Source of the DNA: a virus
IMG/VR virus record: IMGVR_UViG_3300017605_000087
Location: 1 to 64,000 of that record
Direction: 5' to 3' (one strand)
DNA: 64,000 bases
The notes below the pieces were generated by a model, which saw only the letters and a list, made by a program, of their open reading frames with translations, searched no databases and was not told the DNA's origin. This document shows, one piece after another, positions 61,763-64,000 of this stretch (positions are counted from its first letter, which is position 1; the number at the start of each line of letters is the position of its first letter). The translations under genes and the position numbers were made by a program.

Positions 61763-62080
61763 CTATGTTCCTGTTCTAAGAACCGTTAAGTTCCCTAGTT
61801 TCATAGATATTGGATTTATATTTAGAGCTTCTACTTTTCTACGTTCAATAGTATTAGCCATCCTTACTTTGGTTGGTTTTTTTTTAAACTCTTTTGTAAC
61901 CACTTTACCAATGTAAGGAAACTTCATTCCTTCTCCTTTTGCTAAAGATTCATAACCAGTTTCAAATTGGCAATCAATAGCTAAAGCAATCTGTTCTAAT
62001 GATAGTTCATATCCGAACTCCTGACGGAACTCTTCTTGAATATCAAGTAACATTTTGTTTATATGTTGATTCTTTTCCAT
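61763..62080 (-). CDS. HU/IHF-like DNA-binding protein (start ATG 62080)
   Basis: LAKGEGMKFPYIGKV; the longer GTG start at 62134 falls inside the promoter. Confidence 0.55.
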   Translation of the reverse strand: MEKNQHINKMLLDIQEEFRQEFGYELSLEQIALAIDCQFETGYESLAKGEGMKFPYIGKVVTKEFKKKPTKVRMANTIERRKVEALNINPISMKLGNLTVLRTGT

Positions 62081-62111
62081 TATTACTGATTCTTTATATA
62101 AAAGATTAACG

Positions 62112-62143
62112 CAAATGTAAGTTACTTGTTTCACTTATCCAAA
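62112..62143 (-). promoter_or_regulatory. Bacteroidota sigma-A-type promoter at the head of the late operon
   Basis: Exact TTTG-N20-TACATTTG on the minus strand, about 30 nt upstream of ATG 62080. Confidence 0.78.
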
Positions 62144-62500
62144 TGTTTTTGGACATTTCTTTCAAATTTAACATTTATCTACTCATATTTATAAAGATAC
62201 ATAGATTTAATATAGGGTTGCATCATCTAGGTTATTTAGTTTTGATTGGACTACATATTAATATGTATGTTTTGATTTTCAAAAATTAAAATAATTTTTT
62301 GAATGTTTTGGGTAGAAGCGTACCCCACCCTAATATACACCCCGCCAACTCAAAACGGGATACAAGTACCCCGTATCCTTGATTCACTCCCAACTTAGTT
62401 CTGAGGAGTATTTGGGATTTATACATATAATAAGGTATAATTCCATCGAGAATACTCTTTCCGAGTAAAGTAAGACATCGAGAAGGTCTTGCACATGGTA

Positions 62501-62516
62501 TCATAACATGTTATGA
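62501..62516. repeat. Perfect 16-bp palindrome TCATAACATGTTATGA
   Basis: Self-complementary; 32 bp upstream of ATG 62549. Confidence 0.8.
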
Positions 62517-62548
62517 AGTATGACAATTCAAATGTAAATTAGATCGTT

Positions 62549-63148
62549 ATGGAAGATCAAAAAGATGTGCAAACTATGGTTGCACCACAAGGAGATGCAA
62601 ATGGAGTATTTACTCCTCAATTGAAAGCTACTGCAAAAGCTAAAGTATCAACTCTGAAATCAGCTAAAGGTAACACCATTGTTATCTTGAAGAATGAGTT
62701 CAAACATGAGTTGTTGCAAAAGGGCACTGAAGTGCTGCAAGTAATTGGAAGTGATTTCAAACAATTACTACGTGATGCTAAAATCACATTCTTTGGATTA
62801 CGTGCTGCTTGTGAAGCAGGTGAAGTAACCATGGAAATTGGAATCAAATGCACCATCAAAGGTAAACCATACTATAAGTATGATGGTGAGTCTACGTATA
62901 TCGCAGGTGAGAACGTAGAAGGAGAAGATGGTATGGAATTGCACAGAGCATCAGTGATTAAGTTCATTGTAAGTGCAAAAGGCCGTCAAATTGCAAATGC
63001 TGAGGATAAACTCGTAGAAGCTAGAAATAACTTTGAAAGACGTAATCCAAAAGCTGCTGCTGCATTCCTTTATGGATCATTAGGAACAGTTAATGCTGCT
63101 CCTGCAAATGATGGAGATGATAAAGGATTGGATGAAGAGCCAATATAG
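62549..63148 (+). CDS. Hypothetical early protein with acidic C-terminal tail
   Basis: 199 aa ORF ending DDKGLDEEPI, followed by a hairpin. Confidence 0.75.
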   Translation: MEDQKDVQTMVAPQGDANGVFTPQLKATAKAKVSTLKSAKGNTIVILKNEFKHELLQKGTEVLQVIGSDFKQLLRDAKITFFGLRAACEAGEVTMEIGIKCTIKGKPYYKYDGESTYIAGENVEGEDGMELHRASVIKFIVSAKGRQIANAEDKLVEARNNFERRNPKAAAAFLYGSLGTVNAAPANDGDDKGLDEEPI

Positions 63149-63161
63149 TAAAACATGTGAT

Positions 63162-63192
63162 ACAGGTGGTGAGTAATCATCACCTGTTATTA
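63162..63192 (+). terminator. Stem-loop after the 199-aa gene
   Basis: ACAGGTGGTGA-gtaa-TCATCACCTGT followed by TATTA. Confidence 0.65.
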
Positions 63193-63225
63193 TATCCAAA
63201 GTTGTAACCAATTAATACCATATAT

Positions 63226-63327
63226 ATGTTTGCACTAATGAGTGAAGCAGGAATGTCCATATTAGGATTTATCTGCATTATCGCAGCAGCTATTGTTGTA
63301 TCATACAGCATAGCACATTCAAGGTAA
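63226..63327 (+). CDS. 33-aa single-TM peptide (MFALMSEAGMSILGFICIIAAAIVVSYSIAHSR)
   Basis: Translated by hand; lies between two terminators. Confidence 0.5.
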   Translation: MFALMSEAGMSILGFICIIAAAIVVSYSIAHSR

Positions 63328-63340
63328 TCACACATAACAG

Positions 63341-63364
63341 GAAATAGCTAACGCTATTTCTTTT
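63341..63364 (+). terminator. Intrinsic terminator
   Basis: GAAATAGC-taac-GCTATTTC followed by TTTT. Confidence 0.7.
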
Positions 63365-63434
63365 AGCGGCAAACAAACATTAGTACCAATATGTAGCACA
63401 ACAAATAGTACAATAGATAAGCGAAAAATTAGCC

Positions 63435-63614
63435 ATGATTACAAAGCTCATATATTGCAAAAGATGTACATTCCCAACAAGACAGGTAATGTATAATGAA
63501 GATACACATGAATATAAATGTGTATGTGGAGAAATCAACAAAGACACCTCAATTAATGAGGAAGACAAACAAACATCAGATGATGACAAAAATGATAAGG
63601 AAAAAGGTGAATAA
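63435..63614 (+). CDS. 59-aa Zn-ribbon-like protein with acidic tail
   Basis: MITKLIYCKRC...YKCVCGEIN...DDDKNDKEKGE; CxxC-x17-CxC. Confidence 0.55.
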   Translation: MITKLIYCKRCTFPTRQVMYNEDTHEYKCVCGEINKDTSINEEDKQTSDDDKNDKEKGE

Positions 63615-63634
63615 CAAAAGCCGATTTCCTTTCA

Positions 63635-63687
63635 TTTTTACGTGATTTACGTAAATTTGGTAGGTGTTTTTACGTGTTTTACGTAAA
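63635..63687. repeat. Two 21-bp direct repeats TTTTTACGTG(A/T)TTTACGTAAA
   Basis: Copies at about 63635 and 63667, giving four TTTACGT cores; each copy ends in the palindrome TTTACGTAAA. Confidence 0.8.
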
Positions 63688-64000
63688 CCTAGTATTGATA
63701 ATCAATCACTTACAAGGTTTTAGTGGACATATATATAATAGCGTTATTTTGTTTTTGAATTAAGTAGTAGAACTCGATGGAGTTGCTGTGTGTACAGCAG
63801 GAGCCTTGGCTCCAATTATCAAACTATTCAAATCAACATTTCACCAAATAACATCATAAACAATTCAAATCAATCAAATTACTTAGATTACTCAAAACAA
63901 TATCGAATTACATTTAATTACTCATTATTATATGGTGTATTTATTTGTTAATTTTCTTGTTTTTAACTATACTATTACCTAAATTCGCATACGAATTTAG

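Noticed and set aside
62286-62504. 72-aa minus-strand ORF across the structured island
   Set aside because: Atypical composition and codon use; better explained as non-coding structured sequence, though not formally excluded.
63635-63687. Mini-CRISPR array
   Set aside because: Only two 21-bp units with an 11-bp spacer, and no cas genes.
63760-63830. tRNA gene at the triple hairpin
   Set aside because: Loops are 4 nt; there is no 7-nt anticodon loop, TTC T-loop or acceptor stem.
1-64000. Stop-codon reassignment (TAG or TGA), known in some crAss-like clades
   Set aside because: Very long ORFs are intact in code 11, and TAG ends several genes at sensible positions (13206, 35357, 41524, 53388), twice followed directly by TAA.

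Overview
AT-rich segment of a crAss-like (Crassvirales-type) podophage genome using the standard genetic code. The host is most likely Bacteroidota, because TTTG-N19-21-TAnnTTTG promoters drive the late genes. 1-13.1 kb (+): replication, nucleotide-metabolism and host-interaction genes (RusA-like resolvase, ATP-dependent ligase, Gp157-like, UNG, Acb2-like sponge, ThyX, rIIA-like, amidoligase-like, a frameshift-split dNMP kinase, GroES-like, MazG-like), ending at a hairpin terminator. 13.2-62.1 kb (-): late module with HU/IHF-like, PD-(D/E)XK nuclease, papain/C39-like peptidase, TerL, portal, scaffold, MCP, ring/hub/fibre genes, small membrane genes, muzzle, two cargo proteins and one 5642-aa ORF joining a zincin motif and a DFDID RNA polymerase. 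62.1-64 kb: strand-switch region with hairpins, palindromes, repeats and small early ORFs. Main leads: the giant cysteine-free vRNAP polyprotein; recurring [YF]xxGG motifs in the cargo proteins together with a C39-like protease; the -1 frameshift in the kinase; the anti-CBASS sponge; and the structured non-coding region. All calls come from reading motifs and gene order by eye; no searches were run.
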